DNA of 63,279 bases, filler included, from Octopus bimaculoides (lineage: Eukaryota), in NCBI RefSeq assembly GCF_001194135.2. It is 5 parts of 5 records of this genome, joined end to end, with 100 filler letters (N's around TTAATTAATTAA, not from the genome) between each part and the next. Parts side by side here need not be neighbours in the genome. Positions count along the whole stretch, not along the records: positions 23,117 to 42,522 come from NC_068981.1; positions 42,623 to 52,562 come from NC_068982.1; 3 more parts are not named here. One strand, 5' to 3'. Below are positions 38,240 through 49,650 of this stretch, piece after piece (the first letter of the stretch is position 1; the number at the start of each line of letters is the position of its first letter). The notes under the pieces were generated by a model. That model saw only the letters and a list, made by a program, of their open reading frames with translations. It ran no database searches and was not told where the DNA came from. The position numbers were made by a program, and so were the translations under genes.

Positions 38240-38975
38240 GGATCTTTTCTGTTTTTCTGCACTTTTTGAAATTTTAAAATTAAGCTAAAGTTTTCAAATT
38301 TGGTGTATTGATGTAATTTTCCATGCTAGATCTCAGGAGATAATTCACTTGTTCAAAAAAAATTTTTTTTTAAACGTTACAGAGGTTTAAAGTTGGATCA
38401 TTTTTACCCAATCAAAAAACAGGACTTAGAAGCAGTCATTTTGTGCTCCACTGCTTTGCAACAATAACACGTTTTAATATCAAACTAAACAAGTGAAATA
38501 TTGTTGGGATTCTGTTTTATGCACGCCATATAACCCTTTGTAACTTTTTTTATTTTTTGGAATTTTCAGAAAATTTTTGAAAATTTGGACTCTAGACATG
38601 AGAATTCATACAATTATCCAAAAACTAAAAACAAAAAAATTTGGTGAATGATTTAAGGCCTATTTAGCTGTTATTTTTAGTAAATCTCATGACCATATCT
38701 CATACCTCATGAGTTTTAAGCATTTAATAAGTGACAAAAAGAACACATTGTAATCAGCTTGGTAACAGCTTGGCTTGTTATTATGGAAACAGACACCTAT
38801 ATGTCTGTGGCTTTTGACAGGCTAAAATTACCCAAAATTTTGTAAACTTTAAAAGCTATTAACTCTTTATTTATTGATTTATGTCAAAAATGAATTTCAT
38901 GTCAATAGTTACAATGCAAAACTACATCAATACACGAAATATGAAATCAATTGAAACAAAGTTGAAGATATTGGA
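38240..38975. mobile_element. Possible non-autonomous DNA element remnant with subterminal inverted motifs
   Basis: caaatttggtgtattgatgtaattttccatg (about 38297) vs reverse complement of caatgcaaaactacatcaatacacgaaatatg (about 38913). Confidence 0.4.
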
Positions 38976-38989
38976 GGAGGGAGGGAGGA

Positions 38990-39311
38990 GCACTCCGTCA
39001 GTTACGACGACGAGGGTCCCAGCTGATATGATCAACGGAACAGCTTGCTCGTGAAATTAACGTGCAAGTGACTGAGCACTCCAAAGACGTGTACCCTTCT
39101 TGTAGCTCTCGGGGAGACTCAGCGTGACACAGAATGTGACAAGGCTGGCCCTTTTTTGAAGTATAGGTCCTACTCATTTTTGCCAGCTGAGTGGACTGGA
39201 GCAACGTAAAATAAAATGTCTTGCTAAAGGACACAATGCATCGCCGGGAATTGAACTCACGACCTTACGATCGTGAGCCGAATGCCCTAACCACTGAGCC
39301 ATGCGCCTTCA
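38990..39311 (-). mobile_element. Full-length SINE (head1 + tail B)
   Basis: Head gaaggcgcatggctcagtggttaggg...gagttcaattccc; tail ends gacggagtgc. Confidence 0.9.
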
Positions 39312-39369
39312 TATTAAAAAGTGGTAGCCATACAGAAAAGATCCCTCCCATGTAATCTGGAACTTGTTG

Positions 39370-39635
39370 ACGATGCAAGCTGTGCAGTGATCACATTGGT
39401 GTGCCAGTGACATGAAAAAAGGCACCCAGTATGTGCTGTAAATTAGTTGGCATTAGGGAAGGGCATCCAGCAGTAGAAATCATACCAAAGCAGTCACTGG
39501 AGCACAAAGGCAGTCCTTGGACCCATCGGATCTTGTCAAACCATCCAGTCCATGTCAGCATGGAACAAAGAACATAAAATGATGAAGATGGTGACGACGA
39601 CGACGATGATGATGTCAATGACGATGATGATGATG
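39370..39635 (+). mobile_element. SINE family E, diverged, (GAT)n tail
   Basis: gttggcattagggaagggcatccagcagtagaaatc core. Confidence 0.75.
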
Positions 39636-39909
39636 GTTACAGTCCAAGAGGGTTACAATGTAGACAATAGCATAAAATGTGATAGAAAAGAGGTATACAG
39701 GAGTCATGACCTGGACCCATCAAGTTTAGGACTAAAATACTAACGTGAAGCAGGATTCTTCTCCAAGGCCTTCTAGCCTAGGTTTTCTTCCTATTTGTTA
39801 CACTTAGAAACCTAACACAACACCTATATCTGATTGCAAGTCATAGTACACAGGTTGACATCAAAAGAACACACTTTGCCTATTCAACCGTCTCATACTT
39901 ATAACTCTA

Positions 39910-40267
39910 CAGGGTAATTCAAAAGTCTCCATACATAGGAAAAAATTTATGTTTTTATAAGAAACGGTTTATAAAATCCCCTAGATCCCCTGATCTGACC
40001 CTCTCTTAATTTCTATCTTTGGGGGCATTTGAAAAGCATAGTGTATCGCAGAGAGAGAAAAAAGACACAAGTCATTTGAAGGAACGCATCACCAACTCAT
40101 TTGCACACGTACCACCAGATGTGTTATTACGAGTTCACAATGAGTGGGGTAAACATATTGCAATGTATATTCAAAACAATGGTAACCATATAGAGCCTGT
40201 TGAATAATGAAAACAAACACTGTTCTTATAAATTGTTCCTATGTATGGCGACTTTTGAATCATCCTG
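39910..40267 (+). mobile_element. Internally deleted Tc1/mariner element
   Basis: TIRs of about 35 bp (cagggtaattcaaaagtctccatacatagg / cctatgtatggcgacttttgaatcatcctg), TA flanks, transposase C-terminus SPDLTLS-FYLWGHLKSIVY...LKERITNSF...NNGNHIE. Confidence 0.9.
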
Positions 40268-40529
40268 TATAGCGTAAACTATAAATGGGAAAACTTGAAA
40301 TGTTTTGCAAAAATATTATTTGCTTAAATAGACTTCATAATTATTTTTTTAGAAGTTTTGTATTTTTATGTTTCCAACTGAGATATTTTTCTAAGTATAT
40401 TTCCAATATAGTTTTACCAATAAAGATTGATTGAGCAAGCATTGAAGATATAAGAGCAAAAGAAAAACATTATAGGAAGACATAAAACTAAATTTCGGGA
40501 ACTGTATATATATATATATATATATATAT

Positions 40530-40797
40530 TATCATCATCATCGTTTAACGTCCGCTTTCCATGCTAGCATGGGTTGGATGATTTGACTGAGGACTGGTGA
40601 AACCAGATGGCTACACTAGGCTCCAATCTGATCTGGCAGAGTTTCTACAGCTGGATGTCCTTCCTAATGCCAACCGCACCGAAAGTGTAGTGGGTGCTTT
40701 TATGTGCCACTGGCACGAGGGCCAGTCAGGCGGTACTGGCAACGGCCACTCTCAAAATGGTGCTTTTTACGTGCCACCTGCACAGGAGCCAACCCTA
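40530..40797 (-). mobile_element. SINE family E
   Basis: (ATC)n then gtttaacgtccgctttccatgctagcatgggttgg...ctggatgtccttcctaatgccaacc. Confidence 0.9.
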
Positions 40798-40811
40798 AAC
40801 CCACGCACATA

Positions 40812-41160
40812 CACGAGGGTGAGTCAAAAAGTAATGCCATTTTGTTTAGGACAGGTATAATTACCAACACAGGAACATGTATCATACATCAAAATGAAGC
40901 TGGTCCTCTGTGGATCACATCCCTACTTCTCAACATAGCCACCGTTTCTCTCAATAACAATGTTCAACCTTCGAATGAGAACATGTATCCCTNNNNNNNN
41001 NNNNNNNNNNNNNNNNNNNNNNNNNNNNNNNNNNNNNNNNNNNNNNNNNNNNNNNNNNNNNNNNNNNNNNNNNNNNNNNNNNNNNNNNNNNNNNNNNNCC
41101 TGTGCTGGTAATCATTCCTGTCCTAAACAAAATGGCCTTACTTTTTGACTCACCCTCGTG
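40812..41160. mobile_element. Mariner-type MITE
   Basis: TIRs of about 43 bp, CACGAGGGTGAGTCAAAAAGTAA(T/G)GCCATTTTGTTTAGGACAGG, one mismatch, TA on both sides. Confidence 0.95.
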
Positions 41161-41315
41161 TATATGCCTGGGTTTGTTTGCGCCTTGTAATATATACATA
41201 CATGCCTAGACACACACACACACACACACACACACCAGTAGCAATCAATAAGAGTGCAGTGGTTAAGAGCATGGGCTACTTACCCCAAGATTCCGAGTTC
41301 AATTCCAGGCAGTGA

Positions 41316-41349
<34 letters not shown>

Positions 41350-41760
41350 TAGGCATAGGAGTGGCTGTGTGGTAAGTAGCTTGCTTACAAACCACATGGT
41401 TCCAGGTTCAGTCCCACTGCATGGCACCTTGAGCAGGTATCTTCTGCTATAGCCTTGGCCCAACCAAAGCCTTGTGAGTGAATTTGGTAGAAGGAAACTG
41501 GAAGAAGCTCGTTGTATATATGTATATATATATGTATGTGTGTTTATATGTTTGTGTGTCTGTGTTTGTCCTCCCAACATCGCTTGACAACCGATGCTGG
41601 TGTGTTTACGTCCCCGTAACTTAGCTGCTCAGCAAAAGACTGATAGAATAAGTACTAGGCTTACAATGAATAAGTCCTGGGGTCGATTTGCTCGACTAAA
41701 GGCGGTGTTCCAGCATGGCTGCAGTCAAATGACTGAAACAAGTAAAAGAATAAAAGAATA
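41350..41760 (+). mobile_element. Full-length family A SINE inserted in the (AAT)n spacer
   Basis: Complete head, internal TATG/TG tract, tail gactgaaacaagtaaaagaataaaagaata. Confidence 0.92.
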
Positions 41761-41825
41761 ACCATAATAATTATAACATTGAAAAATACCTTAGGAATGA
41801 GAACCCAGGTTCGAAATTACCCCAA

Positions 41826-41868
41826 GACACCTGATGAAGGCTGGAGGGTATATCAGCCGAAATGTGTT
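41826..41868 (+). ncRNA. Minimal type I hammerhead motif (intact CUGAUGA, 3-nt deletion at helix III)
   Basis: gacac-CTGATGA-a-ggctg(gagggtatat)cagcc-GAAA-tgtgtt. Confidence 0.65.
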
Positions 41869-41929
41869 ATTAACAAACAAGATGAAGACAAATGTAAATA
41901 TCTGTCAAATGTAAATAATGTTCATAAGG

Positions 41930-42120
41930 GCAGGTTTCCTGGTTTCCGTGGCAAATAAATTCCCAACATAGATGGGACGCTGGTTCATCACAGCATTACT
42001 CATTTTTACCAGCTGAGTGAACTGGAGTAACGTGAAATGAAGCTTCACCTGGTCCAGGAATTGAAACCGCAATCTTATGATCATGAATCTGACACCCCAA
42101 CTACTAAGCTACATGCCACC
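41930..42120 (-). mobile_element. SINE (head1 + tail C), diverged and internally deleted
   Basis: catcacagcattactcatttttaccagctgagtgaactggag junction as at 34355-34400. Confidence 0.7.
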
Positions 42121-42189
42121 ACCTTAGTACATACAACAAACTGCAGCATCCTAGACATATGTCAGCTGTACACCACCCTGGCCCCTTGA

Positions 42190-42522
42190 TGTTGGCACTC
42201 TGTCGCTTACGATGTCGAGGGTTCCAGTTGATTCGATCAACTGAACAGCCTGCTCGTGAAATTAACGTGCAAGTGGTTGAGCACTCCACAGACACGTGTA
42301 CCCTTAATGTAGTTCTCGGGGATGTTCAGCGTGACACAGTGTGACAAGGCTGACCCTTTGAATTACAGGCACAACAGAAACAGGAAGTAAAAGTGAGAGA
42401 AAGTTGTAGTGAAAGAGTACAGCAGGGTTCGCCACCATCCCCTGCCGGAGCCTCGTAGAGCTTTAGGTGTTTTCACTCAATAAGCACTCACAATGCCTGG
42501 TCTGGGAATCGAAACCGCGATC
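42190..42522 (-). mobile_element. SINE (head2 + tail B)
   Basis: Tail B 42190-42370 joined to ccaccatcccctgccggagcc...tctgggaatcgaaaccgcgatc. Confidence 0.85.
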
Positions 42523-45500
42523 NNNNNNNNNNNNNNNNNNNNNNNNNNNNNNNNNNNNNNNNNNNNTTAATTAATTAANNNNNNNNNNNNNNNNNNNNNN
42601 NNNNNNNNNNNNNNNNNNNNNNCAACCAGAAAATGAAAGGTAGGTGTGCCCAGAATATTTCAATTGTAAAATTATACAAATTGACTTTAATTATAGATTG
42701 TACTTGTTCGACTAATTCGCTGAAGATTTTATATTTACAGTTTATACAAGATTAAGAAAGTAAATATTGAAACTAGTATAAAATTAAAACTCCTGGATGT
42801 TAATACTTATTTTAAACAACTTAATCTAATGGTAAATCGAAAACGTGATGCTCGATCACCTTGCATATAATTTTCCTCCTACTTCACGATTTTCGTGTAT
42901 AATAGGTATAATATTTCGGAGTATATTCAATAAAATATTGACGCGCTGAGGTGAAGCGTTTTGTTTTATATAGAATAAACATTCAATTATGAAATGCCAT
43001 TTGATGAATAAAGGGCGTGATATTTACTACCGGATTCCACCATGCAGTACAGATATACATTAATTGCTAGCATGGTGTCAGGAAATGTTAACATCATGCA
43101 AAGCGTCGATGCATTGTGATTAAGAAATATGTTCAGCTGCATTCTGCACTGTTATATTTCACATTGACTTTAGCTTTTATTGAATAATTAAATGCATTGT
43201 GTTCCAGTCAGCTTTGAATAAAAGTAAACGCACGATAACTGATGTATTTGAGGGCAACATACGTTGGGAATTAATAAAGTTTTATGTTTAGTTTTCAGAA
43301 TTACAGAGGGGAGAGAATGAAAACAATAAGTGCAGATTATGTTGCAATAAAATTTAAAACCTTATAATCATAATTTAATATAAGTAGCCTGCAATTATTT
43401 TATTCTTGTGAGATTTCCTGTGTTGAAGTAGTTTGTTTCTTAAAAACAATTAAACAGATCGATGTTGAAAGATTTATTACCAATTCTTATAAAAGAAAAC
43501 AGATAAATGTTAATGTGCGTTTTATTTCTTCTTTTCTCCTACAGATTAACATTTTAGTATTTGCATCAAGTAAGAACAACTTAGACGATCAATATTGATG
43601 AATTTCAACAACTTAAAACAAATCAATGATTCAGGAGTAGAAATATATTGAATAAGGAAAGCTATTGTTTTGAGCAGGTTTCATCGATACTTTAAATCAT
43701 TTAGTTGTCATTTTACAGAAAATCTTCCAATCTTTGAAGATAAGCAACACAAACTTTACAAGTCATTTTTGTTTTCTTTTACATGAATATTTTTTCACCC
43801 TGTGAAAGTATAATTGATATATGTATCTGAGAAATCGTACTAAGGTGACATTAAACATAGCCATTAATTTAACTGATAGAACATTATTCTATTTATTGGC
43901 AGTCTATGCGTCAGAACTTGTGCAATATAGAACGTGATGAGCCCTAACACATTTGAAACTGCACCGCGGATTTATTTTGCAGAATTATACGTATAGGAAA
44001 AAAAATTACTGTTCATTTTTTAGAAGAGATAGGAANNNNNNNNNNNNNNNNNNNNNNNNNNNNNNNNNNNNNNNNNNNNNNNNNNNNNNNNNNNNNNNNN
44101 NNNNNNNNNNNNNNNNNNNNNNNNNNNNNNNNNNNNNNNNNNNNNNNNNNNNNNNNNNNNNNNNNNNNNNNNNNNNNNNNNNNNNNNNNNNNNNNNNNNN
44201 NNNNNNNNNNNNNNNNNNNNNNNNNNNNNNNNNNNNNNNNNNNNNNNNNNNNNNNNNNNNNNNNNNNNNNNNNNNNNNNNNNNNNNNNNNNNNNNNNNNN
44301 NNNNNNNNNNNNNNNNNNNNNNNNNNNNNNNNNNNNNNNNNNNNNNNNNNNNNNNNNNNNNNNNNNNNNNNNNNNNNNNNNNNNNNNNNNNNNNNNNNNN
44401 NNNNNNNNNNNNNNNNNNNNNNNNNNNNNTTGAAAATTAGTTTAAATCAATGTGGTTAATGTTTTAGTTACTAAGCACTATGTATGTATGTGAGCGCGCG
44501 CGTGACAGAAATGTAAAAAGTACGGAAAACAGTGACTGGAAGTTTTAAATAATGCATACTTCTCTCATAGACACAAACTCTATCCTAGTTTATAAATATG
44601 CGTTTATATAACGAGGCCCGGGGATTCTATACGGATATTTTACGCGAAAAATTAATTTAGCTGTTCATCGGGGAACAATGACAAATAAGATCTTCATGAA
44701 AAAGAAGTCAGTTAGTGTGTAGCTGAATACACGGCAATGGTTTTAGCCACTCTTAATGACAATGTTCTTTAGCTGAATTTGAAGAAGCTGTCCCAATTAA
44801 TTCAGCAAAGAAGCTTGTTGTTGGCAACCTTAAACACATATCAAGTCACTACACATATACACACACATGCTCTTAAACAAACGAGAAACACACACACACA
44901 CTCACACACACACAGGCACATACACACAAACGCCCGTGTGGTACATACCATCGCAATTCATAGTTTCTTGCTCGATACGATTTTTAAGAGAACAATAGAT
45001 ATGAATGACGGAAGTGGTTGCACCGGAAAACATTACACTCGTAAACATACAGTATTTTCATTAGTCACAACAATTAATAAGTTTTTATGATGGCGAATCT
45101 ATTATGTTTGGAGTAGTTACCGAAGGCAAATTAGAATAGATATATTTTAATTGTTTAGATGGGAGATAACTACATATACTAAAAAAAAGAACAAAAAACG
45201 TTTCAGATTTTCTGAACTAAAAATCTCATGAATTAGAAGAGTGGTTGCTTCATATACTTTCTAATATGTATTGTTTAAAAGATATATATTTTTTTCTTTA
45301 CTGCCATTACTTTTATGTGTTATATATTTTCGCGCTCTCTGTATAACTCTTCGGATTTTACTGTTGGTCTTGAGGCCTCGTCCTTTTTCTGCACTTGAAG
45401 TTTCTATAGCTCAGATTCGCTGATTTACACCCCTGTAGCGTTTTACTGCTGACGCTGTCAAATTGAAAACTACTATGAATAAGGCATTGGAATTGTGATT

Positions 45501-46065
45501 TATTTTTGTTCTATATCTGATGTAGAATGAGCGTACCCACGTCTGTTGTGCGTTTGTTCCTGCATTCTATATGGTCCTTCCTCATCCTTCTGTATCATAT
45601 ATTACGATTATATAAAAAGTATTCCTTGAATTTTAGTTCTTCGAACAGATATTTTTTCAAAAATTTCCTATATATACATACATACATACATACATACATA
45701 CATACATACATACATGCATACATACATATATACATACATACAATTTGAAAGAATGTTTAGTCCTACATGGATCTTCGTTTCAAACTTTTGTATATATGTG
45801 AATATTAACGCAATAGTCACTTTTAATCCGTCTTCTATACAAGCCCTAACAGTTAAATGTCTATCATTCACATACGACACACGAAGTGATCCCTTTCTGG
45901 AAAACAGGTGATATAAACTTCTTCGCAATAATCTTACGAGTGTTTCTCTCAATACGATTTTCTTTTAGAGAGCGTAAATGAGCGATTTATCTAAAATGTT
46001 TATTCTTTATAATATACTGATATTTATTGTATGTGGTATGGGTTATTCTTATGTCAGAAGCATGT

Positions 46066-46133
46066 ATATATATTTTTATATTAATGAACTGTCAATTACT
46101 GACTATAAATTTTATTTTATTGTACAGTTTTGA

Positions 46134-46170
<37 letters not shown>

Positions 46171-46238
46171 AAAAGTATACAATAAAATAAATTTTTATAG
46201 TCGATGATTGACTGTTCATTAATGTAAAAAAATATATG
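46066..46238. repeat. Foldback palindrome with an (AT)n centre
   Basis: Arms of about 67 bp (46066-46132, 46170-46238) are mostly complementary. Confidence 0.85.
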
Positions 46239-46285
46239 CGTATATAATTTATAACACATACATATATATATATGTCAGTGTCTAC

Positions 46286-46345
<60 letters not shown>

Positions 46346-46776
46346 CGATCGCGCTTTCTGTATGTATATGTGTGTGTGTATGCATACATACGCACTCTCG
46401 TAGCTAACCACAACAATAATACATAGAGTATGACATCTGTCAATTTTTATATATATTAGGAATTCTAAGCAAATCTAGCGAAGCTACATCTGACGATATA
46501 TTAAAACTATGTAAATTCAAATGGCATGTTAGTTGGTCTGAATCGAGGCAGTTGTTGCAATCCTTCATTTCTGATTTTGACAACCAGAATATGTGTAATA
46601 ATGTTTTTGCCCGGTATCCTTGGGAATTTAAGGATATACGGTAAGCTATTTATTAAGGTTTAACTGCCACGCATTTATATTTGCATCGTTGGTGAATACA
46701 GACATTCATATATAAACGTGAACAGCATGATTTCAAGAAGTTTTGTCTATACTTTCTTGCTAGTCAGAGTAACATA

Positions 46777-47679
46777 CAAGGTGCGATGGGCAAATTGTCA
46801 CCATCTTAATATTTTAAATTTCATGCATGCGCATAGCTTGTTTTTGATTTTGCCGACAACACAGTATAGTAGGGTTCGTTTGGCACCGTCCGTGAAAACA
46901 AAAAAAACATCACCATGACGCAGTTTACTTTGCCAGAAATTTGTAAACGACATGCTGTAATGATTGGCATTCGCGCCGCAAGCTTCAATACGAACACTTC
47001 AGAGTGTTTGGGTGTCAATCTGAGGGCAGTACAATCTGAGGACATGTACCAAGAGTGATAAAAGTCAGACATCCAGTCAACACCATGGTGTTTCGAATGA
47101 TCACTAATGATTGCGACAATATGCTTCCATCCATCTTTCCACACGGACTCAGACTCAATACGGAGGCCTACATCAAGTCCCTGGAGGAGGTAGTGCTGCC
47201 CTGCGTTAAGACGATGCCTGCTAGAAGACCCTATATCTGGCTACAGGACTCTACACAATGCCACACACGCATGAGAACCCAATCATTGCTGTCAGACTAT
47301 TTCTGCGACCACATTACCCCTAACATCTGGCCACTTAACTCCCCAGACTACAGGCCCTTTGATTATCATGCGTGGGCACAGTTGAGCGAGAGACCAACAA
47401 AATCGCTTGTAGCTCTCAAGATGAACTGAAGGCAAGGAATATGGCAGCATTCACCATTATTATACAAGGGGACCGTCCAGAAGTGATGCAGGAAGAGATT
47501 CCGAAGTTGTCTGAAGGCCGGGACGATTTTATTAAATAAATTTACTCTTTAGTATTTCAAGGTATTTTTATGTGATTTTGGTAAATATATCTGTTAAAAT
47601 GAGATATCATTGTTATTTTCATTTATCCGTACAGCAAATTACCCGTACAGCAAATTACCCGTACAATGGGGCACTGCTG
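46777..47679 (+). mobile_element. Internally deleted Tc1/mariner-superfamily element, DD37D (maT)-like
   Basis: N-terminus MTQFTLPEICKRHAVMIGIRAA at 46915; catalytic remnant KVRHPVNTMVF...PHGLRLNTEAYIKSLEEVVLP...RPYIWLQDSTQCHT...WPLNSPDYRPFDY; left TIR caaggtgcgatgggcaaattgtc, right TIR degenerate. Confidence 0.85.
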
Positions 47680-48650
47680 TATATTTATATATTGAGTATT
47701 TTACGCAAGAGAACGCACGCAAATATAATCAAAAACATACGCTCACACACATAAATACAAACACACACAGTCACACACACACACATACAAACACACACAG
47801 TCACACACACAAATACATGTATTCATTGTATAATATCTTCACAGATGGTCTTATATTTTTATTGCATTGTACTGGCCGGTATCACACGATTTTTAACCAG
47901 TACGCATAGGTTGCTGCGGGTAGTAAAACCTCCTCCTCCTCCTTATCATCATCATCATCATCATCATTGCAACAGTGGTGGTCATTATCTTCGTTGTTAC
48001 CTTTCAATTTTACCATCCCATAAGGTTCTTCTCAAAGATCTCTTTTGTGGATTACATTTTTGTCTGTTTCTGATGTTGCTTGCTAAATTCTTGATTTTTA
48101 TGACTTTTTTCTCGGAAAATTATTTCGAATTCATTGAAAGACAGATTCAAAAATCCTTTTATAAATATTTCCACACTAATTGGATGGAAAAAAAAAATCC
48201 TCTTCCTTTTGATTGTTGATATTCAGCACAAAATATCGGCAAGTAAAACGCCTCCAAATATAATCTTTGACAGCTGAAGAGAGTACTGCCACCAACAAAC
48301 GATTTCGATAAAAATGAACGCAAACTTGATGAATCATTTAACTATAAAATCATCAACGCCAATATGCACAACACACATTGGCACACAGAAATTTGCAAAA
48401 ATGGCATCCATTAATGACGTTCTCTATATTGATGAGTTGCTACAGTATGACCGTGTCCCAATGACTAAAAAAAATTAAGCAAAGTGAACGAAAAATGTTT
48501 ATTCATCGAAGAGAATCCATAGTTTTCCACAAAGATCTGTCGTCTCTCAGCTCGAGTTATTTGTTTTCGAGAGAAAGGAACATTAGGGAGTTGACACATT
48601 CTATTCCACTGAGACAAAAGAGCAAACCAGACATATCCAGCTGAAATATT

Positions 48651-49078
48651 CTTTTCTACTCTAGGCACAAGGCCCGAAATCTTGGGGAAGGGGGCCAGTC
48701 GATTAGATTGACCCCAGTAAATAACTAGTACTTAATTTATCGACCCTGAAAAGATGAATGGCAAAGTCGACCTCACCGTAATTTGAACTCAGAACGTAAA
48801 GACAGAAGAAATACCGCTAAGCATTTCGTTCGGCGTGCTAAGGTTTCTTATTTCTTTACTGTCCACAAGGGGCTACACACAGAGGGGACAAACAAGGACA
48901 GACAAACGGATTAAGTCGATTATATCGACCACAGTGCGTAACTGGTACTTACTTAATCGACCCGGAAAGGATGAAAGGTAAACTCGACTCGGCGGAATTT
49001 GAACTCAGAACGAATCGGCAGACGAAATATCGCTAAGTATTTCGGCCGGAGTTCTAACGTTTCTGCAGCTCACCACCT
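48651..49078 (-). mobile_element. Dimeric family G SINE with a 17-bp target-site duplication
   Basis: TSD tatccagctgaaatatt (48634-48650) / tatccagccgaaatatt (49079-49095); two tRNA-like heads, junction at 48847/48848. Confidence 0.9.
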
Positions 49079-49464
49079 TATCCAGCCGAAATATTGAACA
49101 AGTTTTATGTTCGAACACAACAAATCCGGGCACTCACACCTTCCCTAATATGTCATTCTAAAAATCAACAGTCACATCATTTAAATCACGCAGTTTACAT
49201 TTAATACCGGACTTATTGAATTGAAAGCAACGTGAATAATTAAGCATTACCTTTGACCGAGTAATCTTTATACCAAGGGATTAATATATCTTCTACGGAT
49301 GAGCTGGTACAAGCTTTGGCTGCGATGGAGGACAGGATTTCGTGCATTAAATTAGGTACGGCATTGTCTGTATTGTTGCATGAACGTCAGTGAAACTAGC
49401 AGTGTATATACTAGCAATGACAGTTAGGTATACTATAGTAGAAAGAATTATTATTATAATTATA

Positions 49465-49650
49465 AAACCGGTAGAGTGGTGCACAGAATGGTTAGAAGCA
49501 TATATTCGGTCTCTTTACATCCTGAATTCAAATATCACCGAGGTAAACTTTCGGAGTCAATAAAATAATGTACCAGTCACGTTGGTCGATGTAATTCACG
49601 ACCGAATCCTATAAAATTGCTGGTCTTGTGCTAAAATTTGAAAGAATTAT
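49465..49650 (+). mobile_element. SINE family G, diverged
   Basis: ctgaattcaaatatcaccgaggtaaacttt...ggtcttgtgctaaaatttgaaa. Confidence 0.7.

Larger units (their letters stand above)
41254..41925 (+). mobile_element. Hammerhead-carrying tRNA-headed repeat, copy 2, interrupted by a family A SINE
   Basis: A box gtgcagtggttaag, B box gagttcaattcc, (AAT)n, insertion at 41350-41760, then a body matching 35875-36030. Confidence 0.8.

Noticed and set aside
41254-41320. Functional tRNA gene
   Set aside because: No acceptor stem pairing; it runs into (AAT)n, so it is a SINE head. The same applies to other tRNA-like heads.
43545-43569. 25-nt microexon with good acceptor and GTAAGA donor
   Set aside because: Gives an immediate stop in phase with the 21868 exon; no independent support.
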